NCBI GenBank assembly: GCA_046290225.1
Contig: JBKAGE010000042.1
Location: 32,001 to 96,000 of the forward strand
Direction of reading: 5' to 3'
Source: Bradymonadia bacterium
Lineage (GTDB): Bacteria; Myxococcota_A; Bradymonadia; UBA7976; UBA1532
DNA length: 64,000 nucleotides
The translations under genes were made by a program, and so were the position numbers. A model generated the notes under the pieces. It did not search any database, was not told where the DNA came from, and saw nothing but the letters and a program-made list of their open reading frames with translations. Shown here one piece after another: positions 22,646 to 33,139 of this stretch. How positions within the stretch are numbered: position 1 is the stretch's first letter; each line of letters opens with the position of its first letter.

Positions 22646-23653
22646 ATGTACGCTCACCTGCTCACGTTGTGTTGTCTGCTCCTCTGGGGCACCGCCTCGG
22701 GCGCCCCTTCTGATCACATTCAGCGGCGTGAGGCGGTCCTCATGGGCACCCCCTTCCGCATCTCGGTCTCGGGGGCATCCGCCGAGCAGGTCGACGCCGC
22801 GGCCCACGCCGCCTTCAGCGAGATCGCCCGCATCGAACTGTTGATGAGCGAGTGGCGCCCGGACTCGGAGCTCAGCGCCGTCAACGACAGCGCCGGTGAT
22901 CACCCCGTGAAGGTGAGCGCCGAGACCTTCGCCGTGGTGCACGAGGCCGTAAAGCTCGCCGAGATGAGCGGTGGCGCCTTCGATCCCACCTGGGCGGCGC
23001 TGCGCGGGCTCTGGGACTTCCAGACGAAGCCCCCGAAGCTGCCCACGGCCGAGGCCATCGCTGGCCGCTTGAAGCGGGTGGGCTGGCAGAAGGTGAAGCT
23101 CGACGCCAAGGCCTCGACGGTGTTCCTTGCCGAGCCGGGTATGGCCCTGGGCCTCGGTGGCATCGCCAAGGGGTACGCCATCGACCGCGCCGCTGACATC
23201 ATGAAGCGCCACGGGCTCGAGCGGTTCATCGTCGACGGTGGGGGCGATCTGTACGTCTCGGGGGTGAAGCTCTCCGGCCAGCCCTGGACGCTGGGTGTGC
23301 AGAGCCCACGTACTCCGGGCAAGCTCATCGCCACCCTGCCCCTCACCGACGCCGCCATGGTGACCAGCGGGGATTACGAGCGCTTCTTCGTGCTCGACGG
23401 GGTGCGATATCACCACATCATCGATTTGCGTACGGGACACCCGGCGCAGCTGAGCCAGTCGGTCACGGTGCGGGCGAGCAAGGCCATGATGGCCGACGCC
23501 TTGTCCACGGCCATCTTCGTGCTCGGGCCCGAGGCAGGCATCGCCCTGGCAAAGAAGCTGCCTGGTGTCGAAGCGGCGGTGGTGGGCGCCAATGGTGCCA
23601 TCTCCACCACGCCGGCCCTCGCCGAGGCGTTCGATCCGCGGAAACGCCGTTGA
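22646..23653 (+). CDS. apbE: FAD:protein FMN transferase
   Basis: MGT, GAFDPT, LGGIAKGYAID, TSGDYER, HHIIDLRTG, ADALSTA motifs. Confidence 0.92.
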   Translation: MYAHLLTLCCLLLWGTASGAPSDHIQRREAVLMGTPFRISVSGASAEQVDAAAHAAFSEIARIELLMSEWRPDSELSAVNDSAGDHPVKVSAETFAVVHEAVKLAEMSGGAFDPTWAALRGLWDFQTKPPKLPTAEAIAGRLKRVGWQKVKLDAKASTVFLAEPGMALGLGGIAKGYAIDRAADIMKRHGLERFIVDGGGDLYVSGVKLSGQPWTLGVQSPRTPGKLIATLPLTDAAMVTSGDYERFFVLDGVRYHHIIDLRTGHPAQLSQSVTVRASKAMMADALSTAIFVLGPEAGIALAKKLPGVEAAVVGANGAISTTPALAEAFDPRKRR

Positions 23654-25563
23654 AGCGTTGGGGGCTGCTGGCCTTCGCCGCTCTGCTGATCGGCGCTCTG
23701 CCCTGGCTGCCCGTGGACGAGTCCACAGTCCGACATCACACCGTCAGTCGTGAGGTGAGAGGGGCCCTGGCCCAGATGTCTCTCCTCATGGAGGCGCACA
23801 CGCCACTCACGCTGAATGCCTCTCCCAAAGACGCCGAGTCTGCTCGTAAGGTGGTCGACGCCCGCAGAGTCGATGACACCGAGGTGGGTGATCCTGTGGA
23901 GATCACCATCACCGACGTCGGTGACGATCGGGTCAAGGTGAAGGTGTCCCGAGGCGACAAGACCCAGACCACCACCCCCCGACTCGGTGACTGGCGTGGT
24001 GTGATCCCTCCGCTGGTTGCGCTGCTCCTGGCGGTGATCTTCCGACGGGTGATCCCCGCGCTCTTCATCGCGATCTGGGCGGGGGTCTGGGCAGGCCGTG
24101 GGGGCGATCCGTTCACGGCGCTGTGGGCGGTCTTCAGCGAGACCATCGCCCCAGTGCTCCAGCAATCGTTCAGCCTCTACATTCTGGGCTTCACCCTGGC
24201 GTTGGTGGGCATGATCTCGGTGGTGAGCCGGATAGGCGGCACCCGGGGCCTCGTCGACGCGCTGTCTGGTCTCGCCAAGGGGCCCCGCAGCACCCAGGCG
24301 GTGACGGGCCTCATGGGGCTGACTCTGTTCTTCGACGATTACGCCAACACAGTGGTGGTGGGCACCACTGCCCGCGGCCTCACGGACAGCCGCCGCATCA
24401 GCCGCGAGAAGCTGGCCTACATCGTCGACTCCACGAGCGCCCCGGTGGCCGGGGTGGCCATCGTGAGCACCTGGATCGGATACGAGGTGGGCCTCTTCGA
24501 CAGCATGGGTCCGGAGCTGCTCGGGGTGCCGGGCCTGCCCCAGGGCGGATATGCCATCTTCTTCGAGATCCTGGCGATGCGGTTCTACTGCCTCTTCGCC
24601 CTGGCGCTGGTCTTTTGCACCGCCTTCACCGGGCGAGATCTCGGCGCGATGTACCACGCCGAGCGCCGGGCGCGTCGCGGTGATGGGGTCCGCCCGGCCA
24701 CCCAGGAGCCCGTAGCGGAGATGCCCACAGAACTCAAGGCCGGGGTGAAGCCCAAGGCCCGCAACGCGGTGATCCCCCTGGGGGTGGTGCTGGTGCTCAT
24801 CGGCGTGGGGCTGGCCCAGGCCGGGGGCGGAGCCATCGAGGGTGACTTCGAGTTCGGCAGCCTGGATCACTGGCGGAAGCTGTTCTCCGCGGCGAGCTTC
24901 GAAATGCCCGGGGTGCTGCTGCGCTCAGCTCTGGTGGGCAGCGTCGTGGCCCTGGTGCTGGCCATGGGTCAACGCATTCTGGGCCCCCTCGAAGCCCTCA
25001 AAGCCTATGGTCAGGGGGTACGCACTCTGGCCCCTGCGGCGGCGGTGTTGATCCTGGCATGGTCCATCAAGGCGGTCTGCGATGATTTGAGCACGGGGCT
25101 AACCCTGGTGGCCCTCGTAGAGGCCTACCTGCCGGTGGTGATCCTGCCTCTGGCGGTGTTCCTGCTCTCGGGGCTGGTGGCCTTCGCCACCGGGACCTCG
25201 TGGGGTACCATGGCCCTGATGCTCCCCGTGGCGGTGCCATTGTCCATCGCCCTCTCTGGAGAAGGTCCCGTCGTGCTCGCCTGCCTCGCCGCAGTGCTCG
25301 ATGGTGCCATCTGGGGAGATCACTGCTCTCCGATCTCCGACACCACCGTGCTCTCCTCCACAGCCTCTGGCTGCCCTCACCTCGCCCACGTGCGCACGCA
25401 GATCCCGTACGCCACCCTGGCGATGATGGTGGCCGGTGGCGTGGGCTATCTGGGGACCGGCGCTGGTCTACCTGTGTTGTGGGCGCTGCCCCTCGGGGTG
25501 ATGTTGATGGTGGCCGGGCTCTACATCTTCGGACGCTCTGCAGATCAACCGGTGCGCGAATGA
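23650..25563 (+). CDS. NhaC family Na+/H+ antiporter or amino-acid transporter
   Basis: FFDDYAN, SREKLAYIVDSTSAP, ATGTSWGT, GDHCSPISDTT motifs. Confidence 0.9.
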   Translation: MKRWGLLAFAALLIGALPWLPVDESTVRHHTVSREVRGALAQMSLLMEAHTPLTLNASPKDAESARKVVDARRVDDTEVGDPVEITITDVGDDRVKVKVSRGDKTQTTTPRLGDWRGVIPPLVALLLAVIFRRVIPALFIAIWAGVWAGRGGDPFTALWAVFSETIAPVLQQSFSLYILGFTLALVGMISVVSRIGGTRGLVDALSGLAKGPRSTQAVTGLMGLTLFFDDYANTVVVGTTARGLTDSRRISREKLAYIVDSTSAPVAGVAIVSTWIGYEVGLFDSMGPELLGVPGLPQGGYAIFFEILAMRFYCLFALALVFCTAFTGRDLGAMYHAERRARRGDGVRPATQEPVAEMPTELKAGVKPKARNAVIPLGVVLVLIGVGLAQAGGGAIEGDFEFGSLDHWRKLFSAASFEMPGVLLRSALVGSVVALVLAMGQRILGPLEALKAYGQGVRTLAPAAAVLILAWSIKAVCDDLSTGLTLVALVEAYLPVVILPLAVFLLSGLVAFATGTSWGTMALMLPVAVPLSIALSGEGPVVLACLAAVLDGAIWGDHCSPISDTTVLSSTASGCPHLAHVRTQIPYATLAMMVAGGVGYLGTGAGLPVLWALPLGVMLMVAGLYIFGRSADQPVRE

Positions 25564-25643
25564 CCCTGCTGCTGGCCGGATTTTCAACTTCTCATGCGAC
25601 CAAGCCGTAAGGAGGGGTTGGATTCTCAGCAGGAGCATGCCGG

Positions 25644-28115
25644 TTGGCTTACGTGCCACCACAGAGTCAGGTACAGGGGAGAAGGGTCCCCTTCGCGATG
25701 AGGCTCACCCTCTTCGCCACGTGCCTGATCGGCATCGCCGTGATTGTGCCCTCAGTGCTGCTGTATCAGCACAGCCAGACCGCCCTGAAAGACGAAACAG
25801 CAGCCCGACTCAAGGCTGTGGTCACCTCAGCGGCCACCTTCTTCAATGACGCACACCATCACATCTCTCAAGCTGACGACGGCGAGCTTTCGGACGAAGA
25901 GGTCGCCGAAGCGCTGAGAAGCCTGTTGCAAGAGGTTCAAACCGAGAACCAGCTCGAAACCCCGCTCTATACGCTGAGGCCTGCCGAAGATTACGCCGAG
26001 CGCAGCACCCTGGAGTGGGTGCTGATGAGCGAGCCCGACGAGACCGGGCGCTACTACGTCGGGCATACAGCCCGCGCCCGGCCTCATCAGCGCGCCGCTC
26101 TCGACGGGCACCCCACCGTCAGCGAGATCTACACCTCGAATGATCGACAATGGCTCTCTGCAGCTGCTCCCATCTTCGACAGCGAGGGCCATGTGGTGGG
26201 CATTCTACAGGCCGACACCACCGCTGACGCGATACAGGCCCAAGGCCTCGCTCAGGCGGGCCGGATGGTCTCGGCGGGACTGATGGCGATCTTGCTGGCA
26301 GCGCTGCTCGCCTCGCTCCTGGCCCGTACCGTGGTTCGACCCATCGAGCGCCTCGTGGAAGCTACCCGCATGATCGGTAAGGGCCGGCTGGATCACCGGC
26401 TGCCCATCGAGCGCAACGACGAGCTCGGCGATCTCGCTGACGGCTTCAACACCATGGCCGCCAAGCTGCAGATCCGCGATCGACAGCTGGCCCGCGCCCG
26501 AGACGAGGCCCTCGCGGCGAGCCGCTCGAAAGAAGCGTTCCTGGCCAACATGAGCCATGAGATCAGAACGCCGATGAACGGCATCATCGGCATGGCCGAG
26601 CTTCTGGCCAGCGGCCCTCTACAGGCAGAGCAGAGAGATCAAGCGAACACCGTGATCAGGTGCGCAGAGTCCCTGCTGGCGATCCTCAACGACGTGCTCG
26701 ATTTCTCCAAGCTCGAGGCGGGCAAGGTGGGGCTGACCCCTGAAGTCTTTGATCCGCTCCTGCTGGTGGAAGACGTCGCCGATCTGCTGGCGCCGGAGGC
26801 CTGGAAGCAGGGCCTGATGCTCTTCGTACACGTGGAGGCCGACGTGCCCCGATGGGTGCACGGGGATCCGACGCGTATTCGGCAGGTGTTGACCAACATC
26901 GTGGCCAACGCGCTCAAGTTCACCTCTGAGGGGCATGTTCACCTTCGAGTGTCGCGCATCGACGACGAGTGGTTGCGCTTCGAGGTGCAAGACACCGGCA
27001 TCGGGATCCCACCAGAGAAGATCGCCAGCATCTTCGAGCGCTTCGAGCAAGCTGATCAGGAGACGAGCCGCCGCTTTGGTGGCACAGGCCTCGGCCTGGC
27101 GATTTGCCGCCGCCTCATCTGGCTGATGCACGGTGAGATCTCGGTGAGCAGTCAGGAAGGAGAAGGCTCTCGCTTCTGGTTCGAGCTGCCCCTCCCACCG
27201 GCGCCGACGCCTGATGAATTGACCCTCCCGACGACGGAGGAGCGCTGGATCATGGTGGTCCATCCTGATCCCAACCCCCGAGCTGCGCTGGCGGCTCACT
27301 GCCAGCGCATCGGCTTCACACCGATTCAAGCAGAGAGCGCCGAGGTGGCGGCCCAGGTGCGCGCTCGAGGCACCCAATTGCACGGCCCACCCCACGCGAC
27401 CCTGATGTCCACGAGTCTGCTCTCCGACGCCCAGGACGACTGGCCAGAGCGCATCGTGGCGCTCTCTGACGAGGGCCCGAAATCTGGTGTACTCGGCGTC
27501 GAGGGGGGACTCTGGCTGCATTTCCCCATTCGACTGGAGCGCCTGCGTCGGGTTCTGGGCTCGAGCGAGGCCGGCCTGGTGGAGCAGCTCACGATGCCCG
27601 AGCAGTCCACCCTGCCCGTCGTGGAGGCGTTGTCGGCCATGCACGTGCCCGATGACAGCACCCCCCACATGCTCACGATGCTCGTGGTGGACGACAACCC
27701 GGTAAACCGCCGGGTGGTGACCCGCATGCTGAATCGGATGGGCTGTGATGTGCTCGAGGCGTCCAACGGTCAAGAGGCCATCGATCGGGTGCTCGAAGAT
27801 CCAGAGGCCCTCGATCTGGTCTTGATGGATTGCCAGATGCCCGAAATGGACGGCTTCGAGGCCACCCGTCAGATCCGGGCAGCCCTCGCCCGCCTCAACG
27901 TGCAGCTGCCCATCCTCGCCCTCACGGCGAACGCCATGGCCTCCGACCGCAGCCGCTGCCTCGAGGCAGGGATGGACGACCACCTGGCCAAGCCCGTGCG
28001 CAAGACGCAAATTGCCGACGCCATTCAACGCTGGTGCCTCTCGCCTGAAAACAGAGAGCCCCCCATGGCTGAGCCAGAGCCTCTCATGGGTCAAGCCACA
28101 CCCGGTCTCCACTGA
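25644..28115 (+). CDS. Hybrid sensor histidine kinase (HAMP-HisKA-HATPase-REC)
   Basis: FLANMSHEIRTPMNG, N/G1/G2 boxes, receiver LMDCQMPEMDG; start may be 25698. Confidence 0.93.
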   Translation: MAYVPPQSQVQGRRVPFAMRLTLFATCLIGIAVIVPSVLLYQHSQTALKDETAARLKAVVTSAATFFNDAHHHISQADDGELSDEEVAEALRSLLQEVQTENQLETPLYTLRPAEDYAERSTLEWVLMSEPDETGRYYVGHTARARPHQRAALDGHPTVSEIYTSNDRQWLSAAAPIFDSEGHVVGILQADTTADAIQAQGLAQAGRMVSAGLMAILLAALLASLLARTVVRPIERLVEATRMIGKGRLDHRLPIERNDELGDLADGFNTMAAKLQIRDRQLARARDEALAASRSKEAFLANMSHEIRTPMNGIIGMAELLASGPLQAEQRDQANTVIRCAESLLAILNDVLDFSKLEAGKVGLTPEVFDPLLLVEDVADLLAPEAWKQGLMLFVHVEADVPRWVHGDPTRIRQVLTNIVANALKFTSEGHVHLRVSRIDDEWLRFEVQDTGIGIPPEKIASIFERFEQADQETSRRFGGTGLGLAICRRLIWLMHGEISVSSQEGEGSRFWFELPLPPAPTPDELTLPTTEERWIMVVHPDPNPRAALAAHCQRIGFTPIQAESAEVAAQVRARGTQLHGPPHATLMSTSLLSDAQDDWPERIVALSDEGPKSGVLGVEGGLWLHFPIRLERLRRVLGSSEAGLVEQLTMPEQSTLPVVEALSAMHVPDDSTPHMLTMLVVDDNPVNRRVVTRMLNRMGCDVLEASNGQEAIDRVLEDPEALDLVLMDCQMPEMDGFEATRQIRAALARLNVQLPILALTANAMASDRSRCLEAGMDDHLAKPVRKTQIADAIQRWCLSPENREPPMAEPEPLMGQATPGLH

Positions 28116-28208
28116 TCTCAGGCTCTGCTGAGCGCCGCTCGCAGTCCTCTTCGTCTCATCTACGATTTTCGGGCATCATGGCGTCGACGAACGACTCACT
28201 GGCGCGCC

Positions 28209-29909
28209 ATGAAACCACCAGAACATTCGCTCAATGTCGCCCTCGAGGTGCCCCGGACAGAGGCTGAAGGTCCAGGGCTACGCTATGCCCTCTGGGTGCA
28301 GGGCTGCCCCATGCGCTGCCCTGGCTGCTGCAACCCCGAGATGCTCTCCTTCGAAGCCAGAACGCGGCGTCTGGTGCACGACATCGTCCGTGATGTGCGC
28401 GCCGCCGATGTCGAGGGCATCAGCGTGCTTGGTGGGGAGCCCTTCGCTCAGGCCGGGGCCCTCGCCGTGCTTGCCGAAGCCGTGCGTGCTCATGGCCTGA
28501 CCGTCATGATCTACACCGGCTTCACCCTGGCAGAGCTGCACGCACAGGGTCGAACCGACCCTGCCGTCACACGGCTGCTCGACGCCACTGACTTGCTCGT
28601 GGACGGCCGCTATGAGGCCGCTCAACGTACACTCGATCGACGGTGGATCGGCTCGACCAACCAGCAAATGCACTTTTTGTCGGCAGCGTACGCCGAGGGC
28701 GATCCGCGCATGCGCCAGGGCAACACCCTGGAGCTTCGGCTGGTGAACGGCGAAGTGCAGCTCAATGGCTGGCCTGCCCTCGGCGCCCGCACACGTCTGG
28801 GCAGGGGCAGGGGCAAGGCCCCACAACACGTGGCAGCGCACCGCCTCGACGAAGCAGAGGGCCACGCCCTCGCCGTGGCCCGAGGCATGATGGGCGGCCG
28901 ATGGCAACTGCCCGAGACCTCAGTCACCATCAAAACCCCACGGGTGGCGCTGGCCACCGCCGCCAGCGAGCTCATCGGGCGCAAGGCCCTGCAATACATG
29001 ACCGAGCAGGGGGGCCACCGCGAGCGGGCGGTACTTCGACGCGGCCGGCGTATGCGTGGGCGCATCTGGGATGCTGAGCTCAACGCTGACTTCAACCTGC
29101 GCTACACCATCGCCACCGAGCGCCTCTGGCGTCTGGGGGTGCGGGTGTTGCCCATGATCGTGGGCACTCAGAACGACAGCACCGGGTTCAAGCGCAGCAT
29201 CAAGGGCTGGCTCAGGGTGGACGGCACCGACTCGGGCGACTGGCTGGTGTATCTGATCGCCCTCGAGAACATTCGACGGCTCAATCTCAATCACTGGAGA
29301 CAGATCGAGATCGAGAGCCGGCTCGCCCACGGCTCCCCCCTCGTGGCACTGGCCACGCTGAGGACCAGCAACCCGGAGCAGGTTCAGACCTTGATCCGCA
29401 GACCCTCGGTCCGGCTGGTGGAATGCCTCGAAGACCCCCTCGTCGAGCACTGGCTGCACACTCTGCAGCGCCAACCCGAGACCAACGCTCAGGCTCAAGT
29501 CTGGCAGTATCGGGCCCAGGTGCTCACTCAATGGCTCGACACCCTCTACGACGCCCAACGCCTCGACCTCGCTCGAGGTGTCATGCGATTGCTCCGACGT
29601 TGGATCGACGCCTTGAGCACACGTGAGGTGGGTGATCCAGAGCGGGCGGGCTTGGCGGCGCAGCGCATACGGGCACAGCTGAGCGCCAGCACGGCGAGAG
29701 AGACCCAGCAACTGGGGCAGAGTGTGGGGCGCATCTTTGCCCTCGGCGATCGGCTCGACGCCTTGAGACGTGAGATGGCCGCAGCCCACTATGGCGACGA
29801 CCGGTACGAAGAGGCTCAGCTGTACCTTGCTGACTACGAATCCTGGTATGCCGACGACGCCCTCACCGCCCCCGAGGTGTCACGACAACTGAGCGGCGTG
29901 GTGCGATAG
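28209..29909 (+). CDS. NrdG-like radical SAM domain fused to a domain resembling an FtsH-ternary-system component
   Basis: QGCPMRCPGCCN (CxxxCxxC), GGEPF, DLLVDGRY, GSTNQ; about 360-aa helical C-terminal extension. Confidence 0.75.
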   Translation: MKPPEHSLNVALEVPRTEAEGPGLRYALWVQGCPMRCPGCCNPEMLSFEARTRRLVHDIVRDVRAADVEGISVLGGEPFAQAGALAVLAEAVRAHGLTVMIYTGFTLAELHAQGRTDPAVTRLLDATDLLVDGRYEAAQRTLDRRWIGSTNQQMHFLSAAYAEGDPRMRQGNTLELRLVNGEVQLNGWPALGARTRLGRGRGKAPQHVAAHRLDEAEGHALAVARGMMGGRWQLPETSVTIKTPRVALATAASELIGRKALQYMTEQGGHRERAVLRRGRRMRGRIWDAELNADFNLRYTIATERLWRLGVRVLPMIVGTQNDSTGFKRSIKGWLRVDGTDSGDWLVYLIALENIRRLNLNHWRQIEIESRLAHGSPLVALATLRTSNPEQVQTLIRRPSVRLVECLEDPLVEHWLHTLQRQPETNAQAQVWQYRAQVLTQWLDTLYDAQRLDLARGVMRLLRRWIDALSTREVGDPERAGLAAQRIRAQLSASTARETQQLGQSVGRIFALGDRLDALRREMAAAHYGDDRYEEAQLYLADYESWYADDALTAPEVSRQLSGVVR

Positions 29910-30117
29910 CAAGAGCCCACTTCACAGGGTGCGACATGGGCTTACTGCAGGCTCTGCAGATCGGCCTGCAGGTTTCGCCGGCGAGATCTGCCCCCCCACA
30001 GCCACCCCCCACCTAAAACACTGAAAACATTCACCTCCCCATCTGTATTCCCAAGCTGGCATGCGTCGTGCTCAAGGGATCATGCAGACGCAGCGCACAG
30101 CTTTCACGGGAGAACTC

Positions 30118-31590
30118 ATGAACCGCTCTTCACTCTACTCATCTCTACTTCTGGCCCTGTTGGCCTTCGGGTGTGACAACACCGAGCTGACCGACACGGA
30201 GACGGCTGAAGACGAAATCAACGCCAACGTCTCCGAAGACGAAGCGGCCGCACGACCTCGCCGTGGCGCTCCGCCGCCCCCCCCTCCTCGCGGCGAGAAC
30301 CCTCCTCCTCCGGGTGGTGATGCTCCCCCACCGCCGCCTCCGGGCGACGATGTCCCCCCGGGGGAGGAGGATCCTATCGACGACGAGCCGCCCATGGACG
30401 ACCCCGTCGATGATGATCCGATCGACGATGAGCCCCCGGCAGACGATCCGATCGACGATGACCCCATCGATGATGACCCCATCGATGACGAGCCCCCGGC
30501 AGATGATGATCCTGTGGGTGAAGTGCTCGACTTGCCCGCGCAGCCGTTCAACTACGCCAACCCCAACTACCCCGCCCACTACCGTCAGGGGCCCGGCGGT
30601 GGGGCCCTGGCCACCGACAGCGCGCCACCGAACAACCCGGTGACCGACGCTGGGGCCACCTTGGGCCGTGTGTTGTTCTACGACACCAACCTGAGCCGCA
30701 ACCGCACCACGTCGTGTGCCTCGTGCCACGTGCCGGAGATCGGCTTCTCAGACAACGCTGTATTCAGCGAGGGCTTCGACGGTGGCCTCACCGGTCGCCA
30801 CTCCATGGGCTTGACCAACGCTCGGTTCAACCCCGGAGGCCGCTACTTCTGGGACGAGCGCGCCGCCACCCTGGAAGATCAGGTGCTCGGGCCGATTCAG
30901 GACGAGGTCGAGATGGGCATGACCCTCGACGAGATGGAGCAGCGCCTGCGGACCCTGGACTACTACCCGGCCCTCTTCGAGGCGGCCTTCGGCGACGACG
31001 ACATCGACTCGGAGCGGGTGAGCCTGGCCCTGGCCCAGTTCGTCCGCAGCATGGTGAGCTTCGAGAGCCGCTACGACGAAGGCCGGGCTCAGGTGAACAA
31101 CCCTGGCCAGCCCTTCCCGAACTTCACCGCCGAGGAGAACCGCGGAAAGCAAATCTACCTCGGCCCCGCCGGCAACGGCGGCGGTGGCTGCGCGGCGTGC
31201 CACGGTGTGGAGTCGTTCTCTGCGCCCCGGCCCACCAACAACGGCCTCGACATCGCAAGCGAGGACGACGGCATCGGCGGTGTCACCGGCAACGCCAACC
31301 AGATCGCCGTGTTCCGCACGCCTTCGCTCCGGAACATTGGGGTCCGGCCGCCCTACATGCACGACGGTCGCTTCCGCAACCTGCAGCAGGTGGTGGCCTT
31401 CTACAACAACGGGGTGCAGCCCCACCGCAACCTGAGCCCCCCGCTCCGGGCCCCTGGCCCTGGTCCGGTCCGGGCGGTGCGCCTCGGCCTCTCTCCTGCT
31501 GACCAGGCTGCGCTGGTGGCCTTCATGCACACCCTCACCGACGAGGCCATGATAGAAGACGAGAAGTTCAGCGACCCCTTCATCGACTGA
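30118..31590 (+). CDS. Di-heme cytochrome c peroxidase (MauG/CCP family) lipoprotein
   Basis: CASCH and CAACH, LGRVLFYD, FWDERA, PSLRN, PYMHDG; lipobox AFGC; Pro/Asp repeat linker. Confidence 0.9.
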   Translation: MNRSSLYSSLLLALLAFGCDNTELTDTETAEDEINANVSEDEAAARPRRGAPPPPPPRGENPPPPGGDAPPPPPPGDDVPPGEEDPIDDEPPMDDPVDDDPIDDEPPADDPIDDDPIDDDPIDDEPPADDDPVGEVLDLPAQPFNYANPNYPAHYRQGPGGGALATDSAPPNNPVTDAGATLGRVLFYDTNLSRNRTTSCASCHVPEIGFSDNAVFSEGFDGGLTGRHSMGLTNARFNPGGRYFWDERAATLEDQVLGPIQDEVEMGMTLDEMEQRLRTLDYYPALFEAAFGDDDIDSERVSLALAQFVRSMVSFESRYDEGRAQVNNPGQPFPNFTAEENRGKQIYLGPAGNGGGGCAACHGVESFSAPRPTNNGLDIASEDDGIGGVTGNANQIAVFRTPSLRNIGVRPPYMHDGRFRNLQQVVAFYNNGVQPHRNLSPPLRAPGPGPVRAVRLGLSPADQAALVAFMHTLTDEAMIEDEKFSDPFID

Positions 31591-31596
31591 GCTTTA

Positions 31597-31755
31597 GAGG
31601 CCCTAACAAAACGGCTCCCGTCGCCAGTGCTGCGATGCACTTCGCGAGGCGGCAAAAACCGTCCTCGACGATGCAACAGCATCGCCTGCGGGTATTTCTG
31701 ACGCCTCACTCGCGCCTCACAACCCTGGCTCGGTCCGTCGTTGTGTTAGGACCTC
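31597..31755. mobile_element. 159-bp MITE, inverted relative to the 9341 copy
   Basis: TIRs GAGGCCCTAACAAAAC/GTTGTGTTAGGACCTC, TTA target duplication (31594-96, 31756-58). Confidence 0.8.
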
Positions 31756-31790
31756 TTAGACTGGCCGCTGTGTCCGCAGAGTGAAGGATC

Positions 31791-31830
31791 AAAAAAGCCC
31801 GGGCTGCACAGCCCGGGCTTCTCTTTGTTT
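31791..31830. terminator. Bidirectional intrinsic terminator
   Basis: AAAAAA-GCCCGGGCTG-CA-CAGCCCGGGC-TTCTCTTT between convergent genes. Confidence 0.75.
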
Positions 31831-31891
31831 AGAACATGTATCTAAACATATATGACCAGTAAAAAATGAATCTGGTTTGAACTGAAAATAG

Positions 31892-32194
31892 TTAGCTATC
31901 GAAGACGAATAGCTGCTCGAAGTTGGCGATGCGGAGCACCCTGACCGCCTCATCGTCAAGGTTGATGAGGGGTAAACGTGTGTACGTGTTCAAGCCCAGA
32001 TGATCTCGGATCACCAGCAATGCCCCGAGCACTCGTGTGTCGAACAGATCGACGCCAGAAGCATCAACGACACATTCAGGATCAGGTCGATCAGTGGGGA
32101 TCCGATTCACCTCTTCGAAGTAGCCTGAGCTCCAATGTCCCAGTAGATCCCGCAAGTTGATCGTGTGTGTGGCCTCTACGCTCTGAACCCTCAC
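31892..32194 (-). CDS. STAS-domain (anti-anti-sigma-like) protein
   Basis: VVDASGVDLFDTRVLGALL and VLRIANFEQLF; AAAGGAGG RBS. Confidence 0.8.
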   Translation of the reverse strand: MRVQSVEATHTINLRDLLGHWSSGYFEEVNRIPTDRPDPECVVDASGVDLFDTRVLGALLVIRDHLGLNTYTRLPLINLDDEAVRVLRIANFEQLFVFDS

Positions 32195-32653
32195 ACATCC
32201 TCCTTTGCAGCGCCTGTTTCCGGTTGAGCACCCTACATGAGGGGGCCCATCTTGTATAAATCCACGCGACCTTTTCTAGAGGTTTACACGAACACTCCTG
32301 AACTTTTCTTAAGAAAATCGTCCACTTGCTGTGATCAAAAACGGAAACCACCGGTTTAAACAAAGTGCCATAAGCACCTGAAAAACAAACAATTTAATCG
32401 TCAAAAACCTGTGGATTATTGTTTCACAGATCACCCGATAGAGGCCCACTGATACCCGGTTTCAGAGCCCAACTTTCGTGTTCCTGTTTCCGGGAATTTA
32501 CACGACTGCCCTCTCTCTCAACCTCACACAAGCTCACATAGACACACACCTCAGTTTTTGTGCTGATGTAAACCATCAGTCAAATCTGGGGGTCGCCGGG
32601 CACAGTCCTCCGCTGGTACGATGTCGCGCCGATGCGTTTGCGAGGGGAACACC

Positions 32654-33139
32654 ATGGACGTGACGACGCCCGATGTGGCGGAGGAGAAGGCCCAGGCGGC
32701 GCCTGATGATGTGCACGCGCAAATCGCCGCGGCCTATGCATGTGATGCCGCAGGACGCCAGCGGGCGGCCTTGGAATACTACCGGCGAGCGGCCCACCTG
32801 GGGATCCCAGAAGGCCTGGACCGACCGTTCATGATCCAGTTTGGCGCCGCTTTGACCCAGAACGGTCTATGGCCCGAGGCGATACATGTCCTGCAGGTGG
32901 CCCTGGCCAGATGGCCAGAGCACAGAGGGCTCAAATGCTACCTCGCCCTGGCGCTGCACCAGGGCGGTCACCACGATGCCGCCATCGGCGAGCTGCTCGG
33001 GGTCGCTCTGAGCGGGTGTGAGCACATGCCCGATCTCAAACCCCACGCCTGGGATCTCGCTGGCTGGGAAGCCGAACTGCTGATGAGCGCCGTCAACGAT
33101 CACGATGGCCACCTTGCCCTCGAGGAGATCTCTACATGA
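32654..33139 (+). CDS. Tetratricopeptide repeat protein
   Basis: AYACDAAGRQRAALEYYRRA...YLALALHQGG TPR pattern. Confidence 0.75.
   Translation: MDVTTPDVAEEKAQAAPDDVHAQIAAAYACDAAGRQRAALEYYRRAAHLGIPEGLDRPFMIQFGAALTQNGLWPEAIHVLQVALARWPEHRGLKCYLALALHQGGHHDAAIGELLGVALSGCEHMPDLKPHAWDLAGWEAELLMSAVNDHDGHLALEEIST

Noticed and set aside
30260..30510. DNA repeat element in the cytochrome c peroxidase gene
   Set aside because: In-frame low-complexity Pro/Asp linker (DDDPI repeats), common in such lipoproteins.
32200..32620. Riboswitch or sRNA in the AT-rich intergenic region
   Set aside because: No recognisable aptamer motif or strong stems; consistent with divergent promoters.
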